From: Rhynchopus sp. YZ270_cl-10
Lineage: Eukaryota
Reading direction: 5' to 3'
Length of the DNA stretch: 64,000 bases
NCBI GenBank assembly: GCA_964035575.1
Contig: OZ037845.1
Coordinates: 620,001 to 684,000 of the forward strand
The position numbers and the translations under genes were made by a program. Positions 46,027 to 55,978 of this stretch are shown here, piece by piece. Every line of letters starts with the position of its first letter. The stretch's first letter is position 1. The notes below the pieces were generated by a model. The model saw only the letters and a list, made by a program, of their open reading frames with translations. It was not told the origin of the DNA and searched no databases.

Positions 46027-48318
46027 CTAGAGGCATGGCAGTGAGTCGAGACACGCAATCTTGGTGCATCCGAGAGCTCCGTCGTTGCAGGAGCAAGTGT
46101 TGCAGTCGTTCGTGCCTTCGTCCTTTCCAGTCCATCCGTCGGCAACAACAGTTCCGCACTGAAGCTCACAAGACTTCTTTGTTGGGCAAGGCAGGTCAGG
46201 GCACGCAATCAGAGTGCAGCGAAGGAGACCACTCTCCATGCAGCCACATGTGTTGCAGGCGTTGTCACCCTCGTCGTGTCCACTCCATCCGACAGGGACA
46301 ACAGTGCCACATCCAAGAGTGCAGGTGGTGGGCTCAGGCTTCGGGCATTCCTTGCTGTTGGGGCAGCCCATCTTTGTGCACGCAAGACCGCCATCTCTGC
46401 AGGAGCAGGTGTTGCAGTCGTTCGTTCCCTCACCCTTTCCAGACCATCCATCAGCAACAACAGTTCCGCACTGAAGCTCACAAGACTTCTTTGTTGGGCA
46501 AGGCAGGTCAGGGCACGCAATCAGAGTGCAGATGAGGTGTCCGCTCTCAGTGCAGCTGCACGTGTTGCAGGCGTTGTCACCTTCGTCGTTTCCACCCCAT
46601 CCGACAGGGACAACAGTGCCACATCCAAGAGTGCAGGTGGTGGGCTCAGGCTTCGGGCATTCCTTGCTGTTGGGGCAGCCCATCTTTGTGCACGCAAGAC
46701 CGCCATCTCTGCAGGAGCAAGTGTTGCAGTCGTTCGTTCCCTCACCCTTTCCCGTCCATCCGTCAGCAACAACAGTTCCGCACTGAAGCTCACAAGACTT
46801 CTTTGTTGGGCAAGGCAGGTCAGGGCACGCAATCAGAGTGCAGATGAGGTGTCCGCTCTCAGTGCAGCTGCACGTGTTGCAGGCGTTGTCACCTTCGTCG
46901 TTTCCACTCCATCCGACAGGGACAACAGTGCCACATCCAAGAGTGCAGGTTGTGGGTTCAGGCTTCGGGCACTCCTTGCTGTTGGGGCAGCCCATCTTTG
47001 TGCATGCAAGACCGCCATCTCTGCAGGAGCAAGTGTTGCAGTCGTTCGTTCCCTCACCCTTTCCAGTCCATCCATCAGCAACAACAGTTCCGCACTGAAG
47101 CTCACAAGACTTCTTTGTTGGGCAAGGCAGGTCAGGGCACGCAATCAGAGTGCAGCGAAGGAGACCACTCTCCATGCAGCCACATGTGTTGCAGGCGTTG
47201 TCACCCTCGTCGTTTCCACTCCATCCGACAGGGACAACAGTGCCACATCCAAGAGTGCAGGTGGTGGGTTCAGGCTTCGGGCACTCCTTGCTGTTGGGGC
47301 AGCCCATCTTTGTGCATGCAAGACCGCCATCTCTGCAGGAGCAGGTGTTGCAGTCGTTCGTGCCCTCACCCTTTCCAGTCCATCCGTCGGCAACAACAGT
47401 TCCGCACTGAAGCTCACAGGACTTCTTTGTTGGGCAAGGCAGGTCAGGGCACGCAATCAGAGTGCAGCGAAGGAGACCACTCTCCATGCAGCCACATGTG
47501 TTGCAGGCGTTGTCACCCTCGTCGTTTCCACTCCATCCGACAGGGACAACAGTGCCACATCCAAGAGTGCAGGTGGTGGGCTCAGGCTTCGGGCACTCCT
47601 TCCTCTCGAAACATTCCATCTTTGTGCATGCAAGACCACCATCATGGCAGGAGCAAGTCCTGCAGTGGTTCGGGCCCACGTCCTTTCCAGACCATCCGTC
47701 AGCAACAACAGTTCCGCACTGAAGCTCACAAGACTTCTTTGTTGGGCAAGGCAGGTCAGGGCACGCAATCAGAGTGCAGATGAGGTGTCCACTCTCAGTA
47801 CAGCTGCACGTGTTGCAGGCGTTGTCACCCTCGTCGTTTCCACTCCATCCGACAGGGACAACAGTGCCACATCCAAGAGTGCAGGTGGTGGGCTCAGGCT
47901 TCGGGCACTCCTTGCTGTTGGGGCAGCCCATCTTTGTGCACGCAAGACCTCCGTTGATGCAGTTGCACATGTTGCAGTCGTTGGTTCCCTCGTCGTTGCC
48001 CATCCATCCGTTTGCAACAACAGTTCCGCACTGCAGAGTGCATGTCTCCTGCTTGGGTTGGACACACAGCGGTGTGTGGTACGTACCATCGCCCTCACAC
48101 AAAAGGTGGTCTTGACAGTGCTGGGCACGGCATGGACGTGCACCGCCACAGGTCTCACCCTCTGCACGCTTCGGCACACAGACAGAGTAGAACGAGAGGC
48201 AGTGGCCGTACCATTCAAGCGGACGGCACCACTCGCTTGGTGCGCAGTCGTCGTTGGCCCAGCACTGCTGAGCTGAGACAGCCGCAACAGCTGTGAGGAG
48301 CAGTGTCGTGCGTAGCAT
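46027..48318 (-). CDS. Secreted protein with 13 tandem pacifastin-like Cys domains (312-bp two-domain repeat)
   Basis: Signal peptide MLRTTLLLTAVAAVSA; repeated CNxCxC-x2-3-G-x2-3-CT(K/L)xxC. Confidence 0.8.
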   Translation of the reverse strand: MLRTTLLLTAVAAVSAQQCWANDDCAPSEWCRPLEWYGHCLSFYSVCVPKRAEGETCGGARPCRAQHCQDHLLCEGDGTYHTPLCVQPKQETCTLQCGTVVANGWMGNDEGTNDCNMCNCINGGLACTKMGCPNSKECPKPEPTTCTLGCGTVVPVGWSGNDEGDNACNTCSCTESGHLICTLIACPDLPCPTKKSCELQCGTVVADGWSGKDVGPNHCRTCSCHDGGLACTKMECFERKECPKPEPTTCTLGCGTVVPVGWSGNDEGDNACNTCGCMESGLLRCTLIACPDLPCPTKKSCELQCGTVVADGWTGKGEGTNDCNTCSCRDGGLACTKMGCPNSKECPKPEPTTCTLGCGTVVPVGWSGNDEGDNACNTCGCMESGLLRCTLIACPDLPCPTKKSCELQCGTVVADGWTGKGEGTNDCNTCSCRDGGLACTKMGCPNSKECPKPEPTTCTLGCGTVVPVGWSGNDEGDNACNTCSCTESGHLICTLIACPDLPCPTKKSCELQCGTVVADGWTGKGEGTNDCNTCSCRDGGLACTKMGCPNSKECPKPEPTTCTLGCGTVVPVGWGGNDEGDNACNTCSCTESGHLICTLIACPDLPCPTKKSCELQCGTVVADGWSGKGEGTNDCNTCSCRDGGLACTKMGCPNSKECPKPEPTTCTLGCGTVVPVGWSGHDEGDNACNTCGCMESGLLRCTLIACPDLPCPTKKSCELQCGTVVADGWTGKDEGTNDCNTCSCNDGALGCTKIACLDSLPCL

Positions 48319-48941
48319 TGGAGCAAGGTATGTGTTTGTATCAAAAGAGTATCTGTGGGGTGACGTGGCTGAGGTGCTGGGAGGAATATCAGAGTGATAC
48401 ATCATGTGTGAAGCGTGGCGAAACAGAAGTGTAGAGGGAAGGTGTTGTGACCCCGTTGCATTAAGCTTCAGATGCATTCTGTCATGCAAGCTGCAGTGGT
48501 GTGTTGCATCGTGGTGTGAGGCGATGTGATGTGGTTGATGTCTAGTGAGGGAAATTCTTGTACAGAATATGGCCCTTTGATGTGATGTGGCGTGGTGTGT
48601 GGATGTGCACAGGTTGTGGACTCAGCTAGGGTTAAAGTTGTTGTACTGCTGCACTGGGGGAAATGGGTGAATGAATTGTGTGTTCGTTTGAATATAATAC
48701 AGATGCACAAGACAGTGTCCTGCAGCTGTGGATAGAAAGCCGCTTGACAGACTGTTTTGGTACATCTCTGCATTTACATGAAGCAAACATTCATGTGCAC
48801 ATGAACAAAAGAAGAAGGACAAGAGAGCTGCCAACACGCGCAGTGCACATGTATCAGCCAAAGTGTTTCTTGAAAAGTAAAGCAATAAAAGCAATAAAAG
48901 GTTAGGGTTGCCTGAAGCAGGTCAGACAGAACAGACGTGCC

Positions 48942-49424
48942 TCACATGCACCGCGACACACGCCACTCGTCACGCAGACGCTTCACCTTCGTCTTCTCCC
49001 CCTTCGCAACACGTGGCACAGGCTTGTTCTGTGGGAGTGTCAGCAACACACCCTCACGCATCTGTCCACCCAACCCCACCCGCATCATCGGTCCACTCCG
49101 TGCCGGCTTCACACACCCCGTCGCACGCTGCCGCCGTCTGCTGCTGTGTGTGTCCTGTGTCTCCACATCCCCAACACCAAGCGCCACACCTGCACCTGCA
49201 CTGCCAACACGCAACAGCTGCACGTGTCCTGCATCCTCAAGCACAGTCTCCGTCTCCCACGTGCACAGCCCCTCCGCACCACGCCACGCAACAAGGTAGC
49301 ACCGCTCCCCGTCCCCACGCCGTCCCTTCCGCAGCACCTGTCCGGGTGCAAACTCGTCCACGGGGTTCACCAGATCAGAGCATCCTGTTGTGTGTGCGTG
49401 TTCCTCACGTCTGGACAGAGACAT
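48942..49424 (-). CDS. Small chromodomain-like protein
   Basis: FAPGQVL..YLVAWRG..TWETETVL resembles the chromodomain consensus. Confidence 0.5.
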   Translation of the reverse strand: MSLSRREEHAHTTGCSDLVNPVDEFAPGQVLRKGRRGDGERCYLVAWRGAEGLCTWETETVLEDAGHVQLLRVGSAGAGVALGVGDVETQDTHSSRRRQRATGCVKPARSGPMMRVGLGGQMREGVLLTLPQNKPVPRVAKGEKTKVKRLRDEWRVSRCM

Positions 49425-49560
49425 TTGGGTGTGAGTGGAAAGGGAAAGGATAATAGTGTGTCTGTTGGTGTGGTGTGTTTGTGGGGTACGAGGTGTCGCT
49501 CCTCACATCAACAGCTCCTCAATCTAAATAGTATTCATGTGTTTCGAGGCAGAAGAGAGA

Positions 49561-49647
49561 TCAGAGGTGTCCTAAGGTATTGTAAAGCCTATTCGGGCAT
49601 CGCTCGTGGAGCTCCGACTGGGGCGGCATATCAGTGGTTTTCATCAC
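49561..49647 (-). ncRNA. Dual-guide box C/D snoRNA, copy 2
   Basis: One substitution relative to copy 1. Confidence 0.88.
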
Positions 49648-50559
49648 TTCCGAAGCTGCAGTTGTGTGTTGCATCGTGGTGTGATGTAATGTGCACAGGT
49701 TGTGGAGTCAGCTAGGGGCGAAAGAAAGACCAACCCTCATATCCTCCTGAGAGGTGTATTGGGAGCAGCTTGCGGTGCTGCCAAGAAGTTTTGTCATCAT
49801 GCTCGTTGTGTGTGATGCTGGGACAGCTGTCTGCAACAAAGACAAAAAAAGAAATCACCAATTTTTCCCAACAAATACCTCGTGTCCAAGCACGTCCCCC
49901 GGAAAGCTAGTTTTCTCCACAGAGCACCCACTGGGGTGGGGCCTGACCAATGACGATACCTGAACAGAAAGGTGAATTTGAACGTCTCTACGGATGCAGA
50001 CAAAAAATAATGCAGAAAGGACGGCAGCAATCAACCCAGACGAAGCGAATGTGTGAAAGCACGCCTATTGTCCATAGTGAAACAAGATAAACTGAGGCTT
50101 AAAAATGATCAAGGATAAGCATCGCCACACTGCCAACACCAACACGGAGTGGACAGCAAAGACTGGAGTCGAATCACAGCATTTGGCAGAAAGTAGATTG
50201 AATTAAAGAAAATAAGGGAAATCACTACACACTAGAAAAAAACACAACAAACAATTGGCAAGTAAAGAGAACTGACACGGTACGATGAATGTGCATACCA
50301 TGCACACATCTGAGTAAATAGAAACGTTAGTAAGATGAACCTAAGCCTCTCCTGCTCAGTCACCAAGCAGTAAAGATGGCATACGGGATCCTCCCCGTAA
50401 GAATAGTAATAATCAAAGATACATGACGTTATCATCGGCGAATTTGTTCGGTTACATCACAAACTGCAGACGTGGGGTGGAGCTTTGTCTTGGTAGTGTG
50501 CTCTGGTTCCATGCTGTGCGGGACTCAGCATCAACGCAGAACATCCGAAGACGTGAACA

Positions 50560-51492
50560 TCACTCCGGTTTGGTGTAGCGGGTGACTTCCTGGAGACGTG
50601 TCATGTCGTCGCCACCGTGGCCGGCATCGGACACCTTTTGGAGGTTGGCAGCAACGAAGTCGGGGACGACTGTGGAGAAGTCGTTTGCCTTGAAGTAGGG
50701 GAGGCGGCCTGCAGTGAAGTTGAGCCACGTGTCGATAGTGGCGATGGGCGCCTTGGCGTATGCCTCGTCAGAGCGGTCGCCCATGCGGCCACTCAGTGCA
50801 CCCAGCATCACAGGAAGGCCGGCAAAGCGCTGCTTCATGCACTCCATCACAAGGTCGTGCGGCACACCCTCCTTCTCCAGCATGCTCAGGTTGGCGGACC
50901 ATGACGTGAACACAGCCAGCGCCACGTCCACCACTGCGTAGTCCAGCGCACGGCTCGCCCCAACATCCCCAGACCACATCGGCACACCCAGGTCCTTCAG
51001 GAAGCCCTCCGTCAGCACGTCTGTCGTCGCCTTGTCTGCCGACGACAGGAACAGCGTCCCTGTCCCCGCACGCGTCTTCGAAGGCCCACCGCTGTAGGCC
51101 GCGTCCACGTAGTGCCCCACACCCTTCGCAGCCAGCATCGTCCCGATCGTGCGCCCCTCGTCAGGGTTCCCCGACACAAGGTTCACAAACGTGCGTCCCT
51201 TCCACACACCAGGCACCTCCGCCTCCGCCTTCTCAATCAGCTCCTCCACGTCCCGCATCGTCCCAAGGATCGCCACAATCGGCGGCGCACTCGCTGCGTC
51301 CGCAGCACCCTCCTTCAGCACGTCCCCAAGCGCCTCGTGCACCACAATCCTCTCCTTCGCCTCGCTCTCCTCGCGCATCGCGTCCGCGCGGGCCTTCGTT
51401 CTGTTCCATGCAGCCACCTCGTGGCCCTGATCTGCAAGGCGCAGGCACATCCCTGCACCCATCTTGCCCACTCCAAGGAAGCACACCTTCAT
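50560..51492 (-). CDS. NAD(P)-dependent oxidoreductase, beta-hydroxyacid dehydrogenase/imine reductase-like
   Basis: FLGVGKMG, WNRT, NLVSG, YVDAAYSGGP motifs. Confidence 0.85.
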   Translation of the reverse strand: MKVCFLGVGKMGAGMCLRLADQGHEVAAWNRTKARADAMREESEAKERIVVHEALGDVLKEGAADAASAPPIVAILGTMRDVEELIEKAEAEVPGVWKGRTFVNLVSGNPDEGRTIGTMLAAKGVGHYVDAAYSGGPSKTRAGTGTLFLSSADKATTDVLTEGFLKDLGVPMWSGDVGASRALDYAVVDVALAVFTSWSANLSMLEKEGVPHDLVMECMKQRFAGLPVMLGALSGRMGDRSDEAYAKAPIATIDTWLNFTAGRLPYFKANDFSTVVPDFVAANLQKVSDAGHGGDDMTRLQEVTRYTKPE

Positions 51493-52641
51493 TGTTCTGT
51501 TATTTGTTCTGAAAGCAAAAGCTGATGGGTGTTGTGTTTGTCGTGTGGGTGGGTCGTCATACAAAGGTTATATACGAAGTGGTGAATGACAAGTTGGCGG
51601 CGGCAGATCTCAAAAGGTTTTGCACAGTGTTGTACTCGGTGGCGGCGAGGACCGACGGGGAGACGTGCGAGCAACCCAGTCCCTTTAACTTATACAAGGG
51701 GGCAGGGAACATCAAGCAAGAGGAGCGAGACGAGTACCCCGCTGTCATCGAAATCGGGTTTACCAACGCCACAATAATGACTGGGGAGCATTTTGCTTCG
51801 AAGTACGCAACACATCTCACAAACGTATACAATGGAGAAAAGGTACTACAAAGCCCTAAGTCATGGAACGAAAGGGGTTACGGAAGCGTTTGCGAAGAAA
51901 GGCATACAAGTGGTGTTTGTCCCTGTTGGCGCTGTAGGGTCGCCCACACCCGCAAGAAGCATGTGTGCAGAGGGAAGCAAGCGAAAGTGTTTCAGACAAA
52001 GCGGTTAAAGTATGTGCTCATGGTCGAGACTCACATTGGTGCCAGCACTGACAATTAAAAGGTTTTCATCATGCTTTCGTGTCAATGTTCAGAAGAGAAA
52101 AAGGGAAGGGGTTGGTGTCGTTTGTTTGTTGGTGTCATCCATGACCTTGAAGATTAAGACACAAGAAGTCAAATGCATCAGAGGAAAGGCAAACCATACA
52201 GAAAAGAAAACGTTGAAACCCAAAAAGAAGTAAGCTGTCGAAGTAAGTTGTGTGTTGCACACACAAAAAGAAAAGCAAACAAAAGTTGTGACCGTGCAGA
52301 CGTCTCGTGGACGTGGAACGGAAAAGGAGAGAAACAAAACGTGGAGAACAAAACTCATGTCTGCAAGAACAACAGGTACGTTCGTGTGCAACACACAGAT
52401 CACACACAATTGCAACATGAGCCGTTCAACAAAACAGACGGGATGGGAACAGAACACAAGTGCCATGGGTTGAAGAACACCCGTTGTGCAGTGCAGCAAG
52501 GGGGTGAACTGCAAATCATTGCACCCATGATTCCTCCCAACCCAGTCAAGTCACAAAAACGCAACAAGAAAATCGAAGTAAAGAAATCATGTGAGACAAA
52601 TGTGTCAAAGTGAAAGAAAGTCAATGTCAGCCCAAAGCAGC

Positions 52642-53286
52642 TCATGCCTTCAAAACAGCACGGAGGCCCTCCGCAGACGCGTAGTACTCCTTCACCTTCG
52701 GGTGGTTTGCAACCACAGCCTTGTGTGCAGCAAGGTTCTTGAACGACACCAGTGCATCCGACGGGACACCGTCAAGGAACCCAGACACAAGGAACTGTGC
52801 ATATGTGAAGATCACCAAGTCTGCCACTGTCAGGGAGTCACCCACAGCGTACTTCTTCCCCGCAAGACGCGAGTCCAGGAAGACAAGCCACTTGTGGAAG
52901 TCCCCACCCTCAGCAACAGCTGTCGCACGGAAGGCCTTCTTCTCGTCCTCGTCCTTGATCTCAAACGACTTGCGCAGAACTGTGAAGAGCTCATCCGCGT
53001 AGTCAATGATCTCGTCCACACTCAGCGCCACACGTGCATCCTTGGGGTACAGGTTCCCGAGTTTCGCAACGTAACGCAGGATTGAGCTGTGCTGTCCCAC
53101 CACCTCCCCGTCCACGTGCAGAAGCGGCAGCTGCTGTGGGGCCACCTTCGCCTTCAGACCCCCTCCCCACGTCGGGAAGTCAATGTGCTCATCCTCAAGC
53201 ACAAGGCCACCCACGTGTGCGGCAAGACGGGTCGCCTCAGGCTTCGAGGGGACGCCGAAGTAGACAAGCTTCAGGGTCGGTGCCAT
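52642..53286 (-). CDS. Glutathione S-transferase, sigma-like, paralog 1
   Basis: LVYF, E.TRL, QLPLL.VDG, ILRY, TVADL. Confidence 0.9.
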   Translation of the reverse strand: MAPTLKLVYFGVPSKPEATRLAAHVGGLVLEDEHIDFPTWGGGLKAKVAPQQLPLLHVDGEVVGQHSSILRYVAKLGNLYPKDARVALSVDEIIDYADELFTVLRKSFEIKDEDEKKAFRATAVAEGGDFHKWLVFLDSRLAGKKYAVGDSLTVADLVIFTYAQFLVSGFLDGVPSDALVSFKNLAAHKAVVANHPKVKEYYASAEGLRAVLKA

Positions 53287-53383
53287 TTTGTGTGGTGAGG
53301 GTGGTGTTGTTGTGTTGAGAATCTGTGTGACATTTGTTGAGGGAAGGCATGGGGAAATTATGTGTTTCGAGGCAGAAGAGAGA

Positions 53384-53470
53384 TCAGAGGTGTCCTAAGG
53401 TATTGTAAAGCCTATTCGGGCATCGCTCGTGGAGCTCCGACTGGGGCGGCATATCAGTGGTTTTCATCAC
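53384..53470 (-). ncRNA. Dual-guide box C/D snoRNA, copy 3
   Basis: Identical to copy 2. Confidence 0.88.
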
Positions 53471-53988
53471 TTCCGAAGCTGCAGTGGTCGCAATGAAGCA
53501 CTATAGTATCAAAACATGGGGGTTGGTGTCGTTTGTTTTGCACATCACTTTGTTCCATGGAGAAAAGTGTGGATAAACAATATCGTTCGTAACTCTTGGT
53601 ATCTTCCGCTTCCCCTTTCTGATGTCAAACACATCATAAGGGGGAAGGCAAAAGCCGCACCAAAAGGTAGAAGAAAAACCCAAATAAAGCAAAAGGAGTA
53701 AGCTGGCGAAGAGAAGATGTGTTTTGGAAACACAGTAAAAAAAGGAAAGCAAAGTTGTGAACGGTAACGTGCAGACGCCTCGTGGACGCACACACACGAC
53801 AAGAAAACCCAAGGTGTGGAGAGCAAAGCTAGCTCAATGTCTCCACAATAACAGGGTGAGCAGGAAGTGGACGACACATTGTACATCCCTTCCTTCCTTC
53901 CCGACCCTGTACAAAAAATATGAAAGTCGAAGTGAAGGTGAAAGTCGCAGACATCACCAAAAGGCCCAAAGACACAAAACAAAGCAGC

Positions 53989-54633
53989 TCATGCCTTGAA
54001 GACAGTGCGAAGGCCCTCCGCAGACGCGTAGTACTCCTTCACCTTCGGGTGGTTTGCAACCACAGCCTTGTGTGCAGCAAGGTTCTTGAACGACACCAGT
54101 GCGTCCGACGGGATGCCTTCAAAGAACCCAGACACAAGGAAGTGCACGGCTGTGAAGACCGACAGGTCTGCCACTGTCAGGGTGTCACCCACAGCGTACT
54201 TCTTCCCCGCAAGACGCGAGTCCAGGAAGACAAGCCACTTGTGCAGGTCCCCACCCTCAGCAACAGCTGTCGCAGCGAATTCCTTCTTCTCCGCATCGTC
54301 CGTCAGCGCAAAGAACTTCCCCAGAACTGTGAAGAGCTCCCCTGCGTAGTCAATCGTCTCGTCCACACTCAGCGCCACACGTGCATCCTCGGGGTACAGG
54401 TTCGTCAGTCTCCCGACGTAGCGCAGGATTGCGTTGCTCTGTCCCACCACCTCCCCGTCCACGTGCAGAAGCGGCAGCTGCTGTGGGGCCACCTTCGCCT
54501 TCAGACTCGCTCCCCACGTTGGGAAGTCAATGTGCTCATCCTCAAACGCAAGGCCACCGATGTGTGCGGCAAGACGGACTGCCTCAGGCTTCGTGGGGAA
54601 GGGGAAGTACACAAGCTTCAGGGTCGGTGCCAT
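53989..54633 (-). CDS. Glutathione S-transferase, sigma-like, paralog 2
   Basis: Tandem duplicate of 52642-53286; QSNAILRY. Confidence 0.9.
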   Translation of the reverse strand: MAPTLKLVYFPFPTKPEAVRLAAHIGGLAFEDEHIDFPTWGASLKAKVAPQQLPLLHVDGEVVGQSNAILRYVGRLTNLYPEDARVALSVDETIDYAGELFTVLGKFFALTDDAEKKEFAATAVAEGGDLHKWLVFLDSRLAGKKYAVGDTLTVADLSVFTAVHFLVSGFFEGIPSDALVSFKNLAAHKAVVANHPKVKEYYASAEGLRTVFKA

Positions 54634-55978
54634 TTTGTGTGGTGAGGGTGGGTGTTGTTGAGAATCTGTGTGTGAGGTTTTGTTAGTGAGAAATGACACA
54701 GTGCATTGTTCTGAAGGCATCGTTTTGAGAAACACACGATAATCTCGCAATACTTAGCGGCCCTCTCGAGGTTTACGAAGGAAAACCACGGAGGTATTTG
54801 AAGCTGCTTTTTTTAAGTTCATTTTGTTCGATGTGGATGGAAGTGCTGTGCTCACTAAGTCAACATCGTGGCGTCGCCTTCGTCTGCTGCATACGGAAAC
54901 ACAAAGACGCATACTTCTTCAGGTGTTTGCAGCCAAACAAATCTCGCAATACTTAGCGGCCCTCTCGAGGTTTACGAAGGAAAACCACGGAGGTATTTGA
55001 AGCTGCTTTTTCTTTATTGGGATCAGCTTTCTCAACCTCTTCATCACCCCCATTGCAACACACCACAGCAACCACCTCATTTACCCCGATACCCCCCTCC
55101 GCCGCCCAGCACCGCCAAACTCGGGTCAAAAAATCAGATGAAGTAAGAAAAAAACAAAACACTAATGGGGGCGAGAAACGCGATTCTTTTTTTTCCACTT
55201 TTTTTTGCCATTTCCCCCCCTCGGTCCAATGGCCGTGATAACCCTCCCCAAACCCCCCCCCAACTCCCTACTCTCTCCATGAACACACACACGCCACACC
55301 CCCTTTTTTTTTTGCGACTATGGTTCGCCGTTTTCCCATTTTCAGTAGCTTGCATGCGATGCAGGCTCTTATGGGAATAGAGGCTTGTACACCACAGAGG
55401 TAATGAAAAGTGCTAGCACCTCACCAGACACTGGCGCCGCAGGTTCAGGAACAATAAACAATAATAGTTAATTGATATAGACCCAGACCGACCCAGCCCC
55501 AGATGAAACCACAAAAAAAAATCGAGGTGAGTAGAGCGTGGAGGACCCAACTTAATAACGTCGTCCCCCCTACCCTGATGGGTGAAGGGGAAGAAGGGGG
55601 GGATGTTGTACGTAAGTTTTCTTTTTGTTTTGTTTGACGGAAAAAAAATGGGGGGAAAGGGGTTGATAACAAAATGTGTCGAATGACTAGACTTTTGTTT
55701 TTTAAAGAGAGAAGAAGGCTTCTGACAGAGGGGAGCAGAATCGATTGATGCAGGAGAGAGTTAAGGTAGGTGACAAAATGGTCCCTCCTCTTATTAGACT
55801 CATTGAAAAAAAACCCCCGCGTTCTTTTTTTGTTTTGAAATCGTTTCTCGCGTTCTTCTCAAAAACATAAGAAAGAGAAAACGATGTACTCTTCTTTGAT
55901 AAAAAACCAAATAAAAATAAAAATGACTGACTGATACGAAAAAAAAAAAAATGGGAACGAAAAAGAAAGAAAAAAAAA

